A stretch of DNA of 64,000 nucleotides from Myxococcales bacterium (lineage in GTDB: Bacteria > Myxococcota_A > Polyangia > Polyangiales > Polyangiaceae), in NCBI GenBank assembly GCA_043747615.1, contig JAYTOU010000060.1, forward strand, positions 32,001-96,000, in the 5' to 3' direction. Of the stretch, positions 39,500 to 48,525 are shown piece after piece. Both the position numbers and the translations under genes were made by a program. Within the stretch, counting starts at the first letter, position 1; each line of letters starts with the position of its first letter. The notes beneath the pieces are model-generated. The model did not search any database, was not told the origin of the DNA, and saw only the letters and a program-made list of their open reading frames with translations.

Positions 39500-42400
39500 A
39501 TGACCATGCAAACCGAAGCGCTATCTCGCGTCGATCGCCAACGCCGTCACCACACCACCCACGTCGACGCGAGCACGGTGCGCGCCCTGAGCGCCACCGC
39601 GATTCTCATTTATCGCTACACGCGCGAAAGCGTGGTCTGGCTGAGCGTCACCGGTTCGTCCAAGGCGGGGCCGCGTTCGATCTCTGTCCGCCTCTCCGAC
39701 GACACGGTCATCTCGACGGTGATTGCCCAGGTGGGGCGCCTCCTGCGCGCGACGCCGGATCCCCCCGTTTTCCCAATCCCCGGCGAAGTGAGGGTGACAT
39801 GGTCCGAACGCTCGGTGGACGGCGTCGCGCCAGAGGGACCGTTCCTCTCGCTCACGATCGATCGCGCGAGCCTCGGCGTGCGTGTAGAGCAGTCGTCGCA
39901 CCGTGGCCTCGTCGCCGGCTCCAACCCGCTCCGTCAGGTCGCGCGGCACTTCGCGTGCGTGGTAGGCGCTGTACGCGAAACGCGCGGATCGCGCATCGCA
40001 GACGCACCGCTGCTCGATGCAGCCGAGCTCCATCGCGTCACCGAAATCTGGAGTCGCGGGGAGGTTCGGCCCGAGCTTGCGGAGCCCGGTCTCCTTCACG
40101 AGCTCTTCGAGCATCACGCTTCCGCGACCCCCGACAAACTCGCGGTGGTTTGCGGCGCTACGAAGGTCTCCTACGGGGATCTGAACGGCCGGGCCGAAAT
40201 GGTCGCGCGGCGCCTTCGTTCGCTCGGGCTAGGCCGCGGAAGCCTCGTGGCGTTTCAGCTCCCACGATCCGAGCTCGTCTACGAAACGCTGCTCGGCATC
40301 CTTAAAGCGGGGGCGGCGTACGTCCCGCTCGACCCAGAGTGTCCTCCAGATCGCGTTTGCCAGATCCTCTCCGATTGCCGGGCGGCCGCGCTCCTCATCG
40401 TCGGCGAGCCGGCGGATGCCATCGCCGCGTCGCCGTTTCCGGTCGTTCGTCTCGACACATGTCCGAACGAGCCCCGTCCGGAGTTCCCGCAGGCTCCCTG
40501 CCCAGCCAAACCGAGCGACGTCTCGTACGTCATCTACACCTCGGGTTCCACGGGCACGCCGAAAGGTGTCGCCATCGAGCATCGCAGCGCGCGTCACCTC
40601 GTGCGTGCCGAGCAACATCTTTTCGGGATCCGCCCCTCCGACCGCGTTTTTCAGGGCTTTTCCATAGCGTTCGACGCTGCCGTCGAGGAAGTGTGGCTCG
40701 CTTTCGCCGCCGGAGCGACGCTCGTCGTCGGCACGACCGACGTCATGCGATCAGACCTCGCGCGCTACCTGACAGATGAGAAGATCACCGTGTTCTCGAC
40801 GGTGCCTACGCTGCTGGCGACTCTCCCTGGCGAACTTCCTACGGTGCGCCTTCTCATCGTCGGCGGAGAGACGTGCCCCGACGATCTAGCGAAGCGGTGG
40901 AGCACGCCCACACGGAGGATGTTCAACACCTACGGACCCACGGAGGCCACGGTGATCGCAACCTACGTCGAGCTCGACCCTCATCGACCGGTGACCATCG
41001 GTCGGCCGATTCCGAACTACGCGACGTACATCCTCGATCAGGCGGGACACCCAGTTGCCATGGGATTATCCGGCGAGCTCTTCATCGGTGGGGTCGGCCT
41101 TGCGCGTGGCTACCTGCACAACGACGAGCAAACGTCGGCGCGCTTCGTTCCCGGTCCCTCGGGGAACGGTTGCGATCCCTCCGGCCGACTTTATCGCACG
41201 GGAGATCGGGCACGCTTCACCGAGTCGGGCGAAATCGAATTTTTGGGTCGATTCGACGATCAAGTGAAGCTCCGCGGTTTCAGAATCGAGCCGCGTGAGA
41301 TCGAGACGGCACTCCTCGACTGCGAAGGAATCGCCCAGGCCGTGGCCATCGTGCGCGAGGTCACTCCAGGCCAGAAGCAGCTCGTCGCCTACGTGGTGGC
41401 CCATGGCCATGCCGAGCCTAGTCTCGACGGGATCAAGAAGAAGCTGCGGGCGCGCTTGCCGCCGTACATGGTCCCGGCCCACATCGTCTTGCTCGATCGC
41501 TTTCCTACACTTACGAGCGGCAAGGTCGACAAGCGCTTGCTTCCGGAACCGCATGCGCCGGCGCGCAAAGCGCTCGAGCCAACGGCCGGGCGAGATCCGC
41601 TCGAGCTCACGATCGCCTCTGCGTGGGCCGTTCTGTTCTCGGTTCCGAGCGTCATGCCTCACGACGATTTTTTTCTCGACCTCGGCGGCCACTCACTCGC
41701 TGCGGCGCAGATGGTGTCCACGCTGCGGCGCGAGCCGGCCCTTGAGAGCCTCTCGGTGTTGGACGTCTACAAGCACTCCACTCCGTCGCTCTTGGCGCGG
41801 CGGCTTCGACAGACCTCCGCCGACGCAGCCCTCGCGCACGTCGAAACGCCCGCCGCATCTGCCGATCGGCCTGCCGTCTCCACCTGGCGGTTTTGGGCGT
41901 GCGGTGCCGCGCAAGGACTTGCGCTCTACCTCGTCTGCGGGCTCCAAGCGATGCAAAGCCTCGCGCCGTATCTCAGCTTCGTATGGATGCGACACGCGCA
42001 CTTCAACGAGCCCCGTGCACTTCTCGCGTCGGTGGCAGTGATCCTCGGCACGACGCCGATCATGCTGCTCGCCAGCATCGCGATCAAGTGGCTGGTCATA
42101 GGACGCTACAGGGCGGGTCGCTATCCCCTCTGGAGCTCGTATTACTTTCGGTGGTGGCTTGTCGACCGCGTCTTGGCGGTTGCCCCCCTTGCCCACCTCG
42201 CGGGAACGCCGCTCCTCAACCTGTACTGTCGGCTCATGGGGGCGCGCATCGGGAAAAACGTTCTTCTCGCGTCGGAGAGCCTCGCCACGTTCGATCTTCT
42301 TTCGATAGGCGATGACAGCACCGTCGGCTTCGAGTCGACCCTGTGGGGTCACACCGTCGAGGACGGGATGCTGATTCTCGGCCCGATAAAAATCGGGGCG

Positions 42401-43999
42401 CGCTGCGCCGTCGGTGGTCGTTCTGTGGTGGCCGCAGGGGGCACCTTGGAAGACGATGCGAGCCTGGGTGAGCTCTCGCTAATCGCTCCCGGGGCGACCG
42501 TCCTCGCCAAGGAGCATTGGGTCGGCTCGCCGGCGGCGCGCATTTCGTCGACCGATGTCGCGCCTTCGTTCGCTCGCCCGAGCAGCTTCGCGCGCGCCTC
42601 CTACGCCATCCTCTACTCGGTGGGCGTTCTCGTTCTGCCGATGTTCGCTCTGACGGCAATGCTTCCCGGGCTCCTGCTCCTCGATCACCTGCGCTCGGAA
42701 GGCTTGCTCGCGCTCCTCGCATCTCCAGTCGTCGCCTTGAGCTTCGTGATTCTCCTCTGCCTCGAGATCGCGGCAACGAAGTGGCTCGTTCTCGGCAAGG
42801 TGCAGCCAGGCCGGTTCGAGGTGTTCAGCGGTCTCTACGCTCGCAAGTGGTACTTCGACAAGGTAATGGGGCTGAGCCTCGACTTCCTCGGCAGTCTGTA
42901 CGCCACGCTCTATCTCAATCCCTGGTACCGCCTGCTCGGCGTGCGCCTGGGGAAAAATGCGGAGGTGTCTACAGCCTCCGGTATCGTTCCCGATCTCCTC
43001 GAAATTGAAGCCGACGCTTTCATCGCGGATTGCGTGTCCCTGGGTGCGCCGCGGATCGCCCGAGGATATGTCGAACTGGATCGCACGAAGGTCGGAACCC
43101 GCTCCTTCATCGGCAACAGCGCGGTCGTTCTGCCCGGCTGCAGCGTCGGCGAAGACTGCTTGGTTGGATGCCTCACCGGGCTACCACCGGGCGCCACACC
43201 CGCGACGGCGTCCTCCTGGTTTGGCTCGCCGGCGGTCCGATTGCCCAAGCGACAGGCGAGCACGCCGTTCCCTTCGGAGGCAACTTACCGCCCCACACGC
43301 AACCTCGTCGCGCAGCGCGCGGCCATCGAGCTCGTGCGTGTCCTCCTGCCAACCACGACCTTCGTCGTGAGCGGCTCGGCGCTCCTCGGTGTGGCCTTGC
43401 GACTCATCGATAGCGCGTCGATCCCCGTGTTCCTCGCCTCGTTTCCGCTGCTGTACCTCTGCGTCGCGGTGCTCTCCGCGCTTTTCGTCATCGCTCTGAA
43501 GTGGGCGCTGATGGGTCGCTATTTGCCGACTGAGAAGCCTCTCTGGAGTCGATTCGTGTGGCGGACTGAGCTCGTCTCGGCAATGCAGGAAAACGTCGCC
43601 GACGCTTTCTTGAACGATAGCCTGAAAGGCACTCCGTTCCTCGCGTGGTTCTTCCGGGCAATGGGCACCAAGATTGGTCGGCGCGTGTACTTGGGCACTA
43701 CGCACCTCACCGAGCACGACCTCGTGCAGATCGGAGATGGTGCGTCTCTAAACGACGCCTGCACGCTCCAGACACACCTCTTCGAAGACCGTGTGATGAA
43801 AATGTCCACGGTCCAAGTCGACGCTCGCTGCGTCGTCGGCAGCCAAGCGGTGTTGCTCCCAGGCGCGCGCATGGAGCAGGGCTCCGTGTTGGGGGAGCTC
43901 TCGCTACTGATGAAAGGCGAAACGCTGCCTGCCTGGAGCGGCTGGGTAGGAAGCCCCGCCACCGCGACGATCCCCGCGCGACAGCGGCCTTGCAAATGA
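39500..43999 (+). CDS. Pls/PosA-type single-module membrane NRPS (A-T-TM plus three LbH-like C-terminal repeats)
   Basis: A-domain cores YVIYTSGSTGTPKG, NTYGPTE, LYRTGD, QVKLRGFRIE, SGKVDK; T domain LGGHSL; TM blocks; LQTHLFEDRVMK. Confidence 0.93.
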   Translation: MTMQTEALSRVDRQRRHHTTHVDASTVRALSATAILIYRYTRESVVWLSVTGSSKAGPRSISVRLSDDTVISTVIAQVGRLLRATPDPPVFPIPGEVRVTWSERSVDGVAPEGPFLSLTIDRASLGVRVEQSSHRGLVAGSNPLRQVARHFACVVGAVRETRGSRIADAPLLDAAELHRVTEIWSRGEVRPELAEPGLLHELFEHHASATPDKLAVVCGATKVSYGDLNGRAEMVARRLRSLGLGRGSLVAFQLPRSELVYETLLGILKAGAAYVPLDPECPPDRVCQILSDCRAAALLIVGEPADAIAASPFPVVRLDTCPNEPRPEFPQAPCPAKPSDVSYVIYTSGSTGTPKGVAIEHRSARHLVRAEQHLFGIRPSDRVFQGFSIAFDAAVEEVWLAFAAGATLVVGTTDVMRSDLARYLTDEKITVFSTVPTLLATLPGELPTVRLLIVGGETCPDDLAKRWSTPTRRMFNTYGPTEATVIATYVELDPHRPVTIGRPIPNYATYILDQAGHPVAMGLSGELFIGGVGLARGYLHNDEQTSARFVPGPSGNGCDPSGRLYRTGDRARFTESGEIEFLGRFDDQVKLRGFRIEPREIETALLDCEGIAQAVAIVREVTPGQKQLVAYVVAHGHAEPSLDGIKKKLRARLPPYMVPAHIVLLDRFPTLTSGKVDKRLLPEPHAPARKALEPTAGRDPLELTIASAWAVLFSVPSVMPHDDFFLDLGGHSLAAAQMVSTLRREPALESLSVLDVYKHSTPSLLARRLRQTSADAALAHVETPAASADRPAVSTWRFWACGAAQGLALYLVCGLQAMQSLAPYLSFVWMRHAHFNEPRALLASVAVILGTTPIMLLASIAIKWLVIGRYRAGRYPLWSSYYFRWWLVDRVLAVAPLAHLAGTPLLNLYCRLMGARIGKNVLLASESLATFDLLSIGDDSTVGFESTLWGHTVEDGMLILGPIKIGARCAVGGRSVVAAGGTLEDDASLGELSLIAPGATVLAKEHWVGSPAARISSTDVAPSFARPSSFARASYAILYSVGVLVLPMFALTAMLPGLLLLDHLRSEGLLALLASPVVALSFVILLCLEIAATKWLVLGKVQPGRFEVFSGLYARKWYFDKVMGLSLDFLGSLYATLYLNPWYRLLGVRLGKNAEVSTASGIVPDLLEIEADAFIADCVSLGAPRIARGYVELDRTKVGTRSFIGNSAVVLPGCSVGEDCLVGCLTGLPPGATPATASSWFGSPAVRLPKRQASTPFPSEATYRPTRNLVAQRAAIELVRVLLPTTTFVVSGSALLGVALRLIDSASIPVFLASFPLLYLCVAVLSALFVIALKWALMGRYLPTEKPLWSRFVWRTELVSAMQENVADAFLNDSLKGTPFLAWFFRAMGTKIGRRVYLGTTHLTEHDLVQIGDGASLNDACTLQTHLFEDRVMKMSTVQVDARCVVGSQAVLLPGARMEQGSVLGELSLLMKGETLPAWSGWVGSPATATIPARQRPCK

Positions 44000-44853
44000 C
44001 CTTCCTCCGCATCGAGTCGCGGCGCGCCATCATCGTCGCCCTGTTCACGCTTGCGCCGGCGCGGGCTCACGCGGCAGGTACGATGCCCGCGAAGACCGCG
44101 TCTCACGAAGTCGAAGAGCAAGACACCGATAATGAGCAGGGGGACGACGCGTCAGCAACATCGGTTGGTGCGGAGGTTGATGCGGCCACGCGCTTCGTCT
44201 GGAGGGGAATCGCCCAGAGCCGCGGGTCGGTCGCCCAGCCTTCGATTTGGGCCTCGGCTAAGGGATTGAGCGCCTCGGTTTGGGCGAACGTCGTGCTCAA
44301 CGACGAGGAAAGCAGCGCCCCGCGTCCCGCACGCGCGCGGTCCACGCCGAAGGCTCGAACCTGGGTGAGCGCTGTCGTGCCGGCCGTCACGTACACCTAT
44401 GCGTGGCGAGCGCTTAGGGTCGAGCCCGGCGCATCCGTCTACGTGAATCCAAGCGGAGTCGCCGCCCAGACCACGGCAGAAACCTCGTTGAACGTGGCGT
44501 GCGTACTCGGCTCTCTGGCCTTCGTGAGCCGCAACAACGTAGACGTAGGGGCATACGCCGGTGCCTACTTCGGAACGATCGGCGCGGACTACGAGCGCTC
44601 GTCCCGCAAGCTGACCATCAAGACATTCGTCGATCTCGGCTGGGCGACGAAGAAATTCAACGAGGCCTACCTGCACACGTCGAGGGTGGCTCTGAACGTC
44701 GTGGAGGCCGGCCTCTCCGCCCGGTACGACGTCAGCGATGCGTTTTACGTCATGCCCCATACGGAAGTGAGCGCCTTGCTCCTGGCGTCAGCGCTGGCTC
44801 CTCGAGAGCGCGTTCTCATCAACGGCGGCGCCGCGCTCGGCGTGGAGTTTTGA
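43996..44853 (+). CDS. Outer-membrane barrel, TorF/TIGR02001-like
   Basis: ATGA overlap with the NRPS; signal peptide; TRFVWRGIAQS...AQPSIW; terminal LGVEF. Confidence 0.72.
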   Translation: MTFLRIESRRAIIVALFTLAPARAHAAGTMPAKTASHEVEEQDTDNEQGDDASATSVGAEVDAATRFVWRGIAQSRGSVAQPSIWASAKGLSASVWANVVLNDEESSAPRPARARSTPKARTWVSAVVPAVTYTYAWRALRVEPGASVYVNPSGVAAQTTAETSLNVACVLGSLAFVSRNNVDVGAYAGAYFGTIGADYERSSRKLTIKTFVDLGWATKKFNEAYLHTSRVALNVVEAGLSARYDVSDAFYVMPHTEVSALLLASALAPRERVLINGGAALGVEF

Positions 44854-44885
44854 AGGCGCACGTGCTGGCCACGACGGCGTCGGCG

Positions 44886-45920
44886 TCAGGGGCTGTCGTA
44901 GCGCCACACGTGGGCAATTTTTCCGTCGCGCATCTGGACCACGTCGGTCACGGCTATCTTGAGCATCGTGTCGCGCTGAAGCGGAATCCGGCCGATCGCC
45001 GCCGTCTGTCGGCCCGCAATCGAGTACTCGACGATGACGAAATCTCGTATCCCCCATGCGGTCTCGATCGAAACGTCGAGCAGGCCGATGGCCTTGCGCA
45101 TCGCGTTGAAGTAGGTCGCCGCGCCCCCCTTGCCACGCAAGGCCTCTTGCTGCTCGAGGGTGCTCACGACGACGTCGTCGGTCATCCTTCCGAGGTAGGC
45201 GGCCTCGTCGTTCTTCTCGAGTCCCTCGAGCGCCGCACGAACCAGCGCCACGTTGGCGTCCTCGTCTGCGGTGCCCGCTTGCTCGTGCTCGGCGGTCGCG
45301 GTCGCGGTCGCGGTCGATGGCAGAGCCGCAGAGCGTCCGAGGAGATCCTTTGGACGCACGGCGAGCTGCGCCTTCACGACCGATTCGTCGAAATAAACGT
45401 GGATGTCGGAGATCGAGCCGTCGTCTTTCGTCCACAGCAGCGTCAGCCCCTTGATCGTGACGGGCTTTCGCGTGGCCTTGATTCCCATCCATTCGCGGGC
45501 GTGAATGCCCGTCATCGTCCACTCGAGGGCGTGCGAGCTGTCCGTGAGCCAGATGCGGCTCGTCGAGAACGCGCGCTCGTCGAACGCACCGAAGAGCGCA
45601 TCGTGCGCCTTAACGACCCGCTCGCGTCCGTGCGCATCTCCCTCTTTGCCCGCGAACGCGAAATGGGCCTCTTCATCGAGCGCCGCCCCGAGCGCGACGA
45701 ATCCTTGCGACGCGAGCGCGATTGTATACGTGGCCGCGACTGCGCGTTCTTTGTCCGTGGCCTTCGTCTTCCCCGCGTCCGGGACGGGCCGGGGCTGAAG
45801 GAAGTGCCAGTTCACGGGAGGGGGCGGCGGCTGCGCGACCGTTTCGCTCGCGCACGCGGCGACGAAAAACGACAGGATGAGAGCCAACCGAGTGAGCGGC
45901 GATCTCCCGCAGTTTTTCAC
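44886..45920 (-). CDS. Lipoprotein with tandem SnoaL/NTF2-like (ester cyclase) domains
   Basis: VAAC lipobox; EWTMTGIH..WMGIKATRKPV...DGSI; second repeat ending RDGKIAHVWRY; start approximate. Confidence 0.78.
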   Translation of the reverse strand: MKNCGRSPLTRLALILSFFVAACASETVAQPPPPPVNWHFLQPRPVPDAGKTKATDKERAVAATYTIALASQGFVALGAALDEEAHFAFAGKEGDAHGRERVVKAHDALFGAFDERAFSTSRIWLTDSSHALEWTMTGIHAREWMGIKATRKPVTIKGLTLLWTKDDGSISDIHVYFDESVVKAQLAVRPKDLLGRSAALPSTATATATAEHEQAGTADEDANVALVRAALEGLEKNDEAAYLGRMTDDVVVSTLEQQEALRGKGGAATYFNAMRKAIGLLDVSIETAWGIRDFVIVEYSIAGRQTAAIGRIPLQRDTMLKIAVTDVVQMRDGKIAHVWRYDSP

Positions 45921-45945
45921 GGATCCAAAAGCGGTTTGCATCTTC

Positions 45946-46572
45946 TTAGAACGCCCATCCGACAGAAGCGAGCACGCGCGGGCGGAGGCCGCTGTTCGCG
46001 TAGATCCGCGCTGGGAATTGCTGGTCAGGAATGGACTTTGTGGTCGCCACGTACTGAAGGCCGCCGCCGAGGCTGAGCGCAACGTTGTCGGCAATGAGGA
46101 CCTCATACCCCGCGTCGGCCGCTACCCCAACGTCGAAGAAATGCGTCTTGCTGGCGTCGGCTGCCGTCGCCGTGAACGACGCGAGAATCAGCGACGGGCC
46201 TACGAAGAACCCGCGCGGTCCGCCTTCACCGAAGTAGTAGCGGTACCCAATCTCGCCGCCAAAGCCCTTGAACTTTTGCTCGGGGAGCTGGGTGGGCGTT
46301 CCGGCGTCATCGAAGATGTAGATTGGAGCCGTGCTCGTCCACGCGTAGAACGGGCTCAGCACGAGCGCGTGATGATCGACGGGAACGAAGACGACGTTGG
46401 CGCTCAGCTTCCCGATGGTAAAGAGCGGCAAAGGATTCCACTCGATCGCGAGGATCCGCCGACTATGCGGTGCATCGTGGATGACGACGTCGACGGGCGG
46501 CGGAGGCTCGGCGACGGCGGCGCGTGAGCTCAGAAGCGTGGCAACCAACGCGCCCATCCAGAAGCGATTCAT
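45946..46572 (-). CDS. Small outer-membrane beta-barrel (DUF3575-like)
   Basis: Signal peptide; GEIGYRYYF, GFFVGP; terminal SVGWAF. Confidence 0.75.
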   Translation of the reverse strand: MNRFWMGALVATLLSSRAAVAEPPPPVDVVIHDAPHSRRILAIEWNPLPLFTIGKLSANVVFVPVDHHALVLSPFYAWTSTAPIYIFDDAGTPTQLPEQKFKGFGGEIGYRYYFGEGGPRGFFVGPSLILASFTATAADASKTHFFDVGVAADAGYEVLIADNVALSLGGGLQYVATTKSIPDQQFPARIYANSGLRPRVLASVGWAF

Positions 46573-46931
46573 CGCGCGCGGTCCTTCCGGCGCTGCATCT
46601 GGCGGGCAATTCCCAAGGCAACCACCAGTCCGGAGATCGCGAGCGCAGGCGCAGTCGGTTCGATCGGCGAAGCTTTGGCGATACCGCACGTCGCGCTGTT
46701 CGTCGTGTCGCACAGCGCACCGCCGCACGCGACCGCAACCATCGGGGCGGCATCCGGCGCCGCGTCGTCATCCATCGCGCCGGCATCCATTGCACCGGCA
46801 TCCATCGCGCCGGCATCCATAGCACCGGCATCCGTGGCCCCGCCGTCTCCCGCGTCAGCGGCCACTGCAGGCGGCGACGCCAGAAGAACGAGCACGAGCA
46901 CCGTCAAGGCAAGGTTCATGAAGCGCGGCAT
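46569..46931 (-). CDS. Small exported acidic protein with DAGAM repeats and MYXO-CTERM-like tail
   Basis: Signal peptide; (DAGAM)x4; Cys, TM segment and basic end QRRKDRAR; overlaps both neighbours. Confidence 0.7.
   Translation of the reverse strand: MPRFMNLALTVLVLVLLASPPAVAADAGDGGATDAGAMDAGAMDAGAMDAGAMDDDAAPDAAPMVAVACGGALCDTTNSATCGIAKASPIEPTAPALAISGLVVALGIARQMQRRKDRAR
46771..46833. repeat. 15-bp tandem repeat, 4 copies (DAGAM)
   Basis: tccat[c/t/a]gc[g/a]ccggca x4. Confidence 0.9.
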
Positions 46932-48373
46932 CAGTGCAGATCCATCGCGGTCGCCGCCTCGAGCTGATAGACCGCCGTCCAATAGCTCGCCAGATCGCCG
47001 AAGTACTCTACTTTGGTCGCGATGTACGTGCGGTACGCGTCGAGGTAGTCGGTGAGGTTCGCGGCTCCCTTTTCGTACTGCAACGCGACGACCTCGAACG
47101 CGCCCTTCGCGCTTTGGAGCAGCCCGCCACCTTCGCGCCGCGGTCCCTCCATGCGCTCCACGAGCCTTCGCGTCGCAACGACGCCAGCGAGGGACGCCGA
47201 CACGTCATTCACGACTTGACCCGTGAGCTTCGCTTGGAGGAGCGCGTTGAGATCGTGGTTCGCTTCGGCCTGACGAATCTCGCCCTGGAGTTGGTAGAAC
47301 ACGGGCAGTGGCGCGGAGAGCGAGAGGGTAGCGGTGGGTGCTTGGATCGGTCCGTTGGTCGATACGCCGCCGTATCCTCCCCATGCGTAGTTCAGTCCCA
47401 GCGTGATGTCCGGGAATCTCTGGCGTTTCGTGAGGTCGACCTGGGCTTGAGTAGACGCCACGTGATACCCCGCCGCGATGAGATCGGGCCGATGGTCGAA
47501 AGCGGTGCGGAGCAGCCGAGCGGCCGTCGCGTCCTTGAGCGCGTCGGGGACCGAAAAATCGAGGATCTTGGCGTCTACGTCGAAGTCGAGGACCTCGCCG
47601 CGCACGCCCAAGAGGAACGCAAGCGCAACGCGTGCCTCCCTCAGCGCATAGTTCGCGTTCTCCACGGCCTGTTCGGACTCGAGCTTTTGCGTTTCGATGC
47701 GCTGAAGATCGCCCTCGTTGATCGCACCCGCCGCGTAGCGCGCTTGGAATTTTTTCAGGGTGGTCACGTTCGACGAAGCCACCTCTTTCGCGAAGCCATA
47801 CGCGAGCACGGCCTGCGCCATCTGGACGTACGCGGACTTCACTTGAAACGCGATGGTGCGTTCCGCATCCACGCGCGACATCTTTGCTGCGGCGAGCGCA
47901 TTGCGCGCCACCTTCAGGCGCAAGCTTCGTTTGCCGGAGAGCGTATCCTCGATGGCCGCGGAGTCGGAGATCCCCACGCTGTAGATCCACGGGGAGCACT
48001 GTGAGCCGTTCACGAGGCAGTCTGCCTTGCTGTGGTTACCGTTATTGTAGGTAAAGGCATTTCCCACGCTGGTGCTCGCCAATGGATTGGGGATAGCGCC
48101 CGCGATCTTGACCGCACCCTCGGCGTTCCTCATGGAAGCGTCTGCGATCAACAAGTCGAGACCCCGCGTGCGAAAAATGCGGAGTGCCTCGGTGAGTGAA
48201 AGAGTCTGCGGCACATCGGTGCCGGCGGGAACGACGCTCTCGGCGAGCGCATTTTTTTCCGCAACGACGGACGACGCGAAGCAAACGAACGAGCCGAGGG
48301 CGAGGAGACGCACTGCGCCGAATAGCTTGGCGACGCTTCCCCAGAAAGTGCTCTTTACGGCTCGTTGTTTCAT
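46931..48373 (-). CDS. TolC-family outer-membrane factor (CzcC-like)
   Basis: LSLTEAL, GKRSLR, RPDL, FPDITLG, YEKGAANLTDYLDA; start approximate. Confidence 0.88.
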   Translation of the reverse strand: MKQRAVKSTFWGSVAKLFGAVRLLALGSFVCFASSVVAEKNALAESVVPAGTDVPQTLSLTEALRIFRTRGLDLLIADASMRNAEGAVKIAGAIPNPLASTSVGNAFTYNNGNHSKADCLVNGSQCSPWIYSVGISDSAAIEDTLSGKRSLRLKVARNALAAAKMSRVDAERTIAFQVKSAYVQMAQAVLAYGFAKEVASSNVTTLKKFQARYAAGAINEGDLQRIETQKLESEQAVENANYALREARVALAFLLGVRGEVLDFDVDAKILDFSVPDALKDATAARLLRTAFDHRPDLIAAGYHVASTQAQVDLTKRQRFPDITLGLNYAWGGYGGVSTNGPIQAPTATLSLSAPLPVFYQLQGEIRQAEANHDLNALLQAKLTGQVVNDVSASLAGVVATRRLVERMEGPRREGGGLLQSAKGAFEVVALQYEKGAANLTDYLDAYRTYIATKVEYFGDLASYWTAVYQLEAATAMDLH

Positions 48374-48525
48374 GACGCTGCCGATGGTGGATACGCCGCA
48401 CGATAAGGATTTGCAACGGGTCATGTGCAACGACGAATCGCTTCCAGCTCCCAGGAAAAGTGCACGTTCTGCAACCGCGACCCTGTGCCTCAGCGGACGG
48501 CGGCGGAGTGCGAGATTGTCCCAGT

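Noticed and set aside
46771..46833. Possible CRISPR-like repeat
   Set aside because: Spacerless in-frame 15-bp coding repeats; no cas genes in the window
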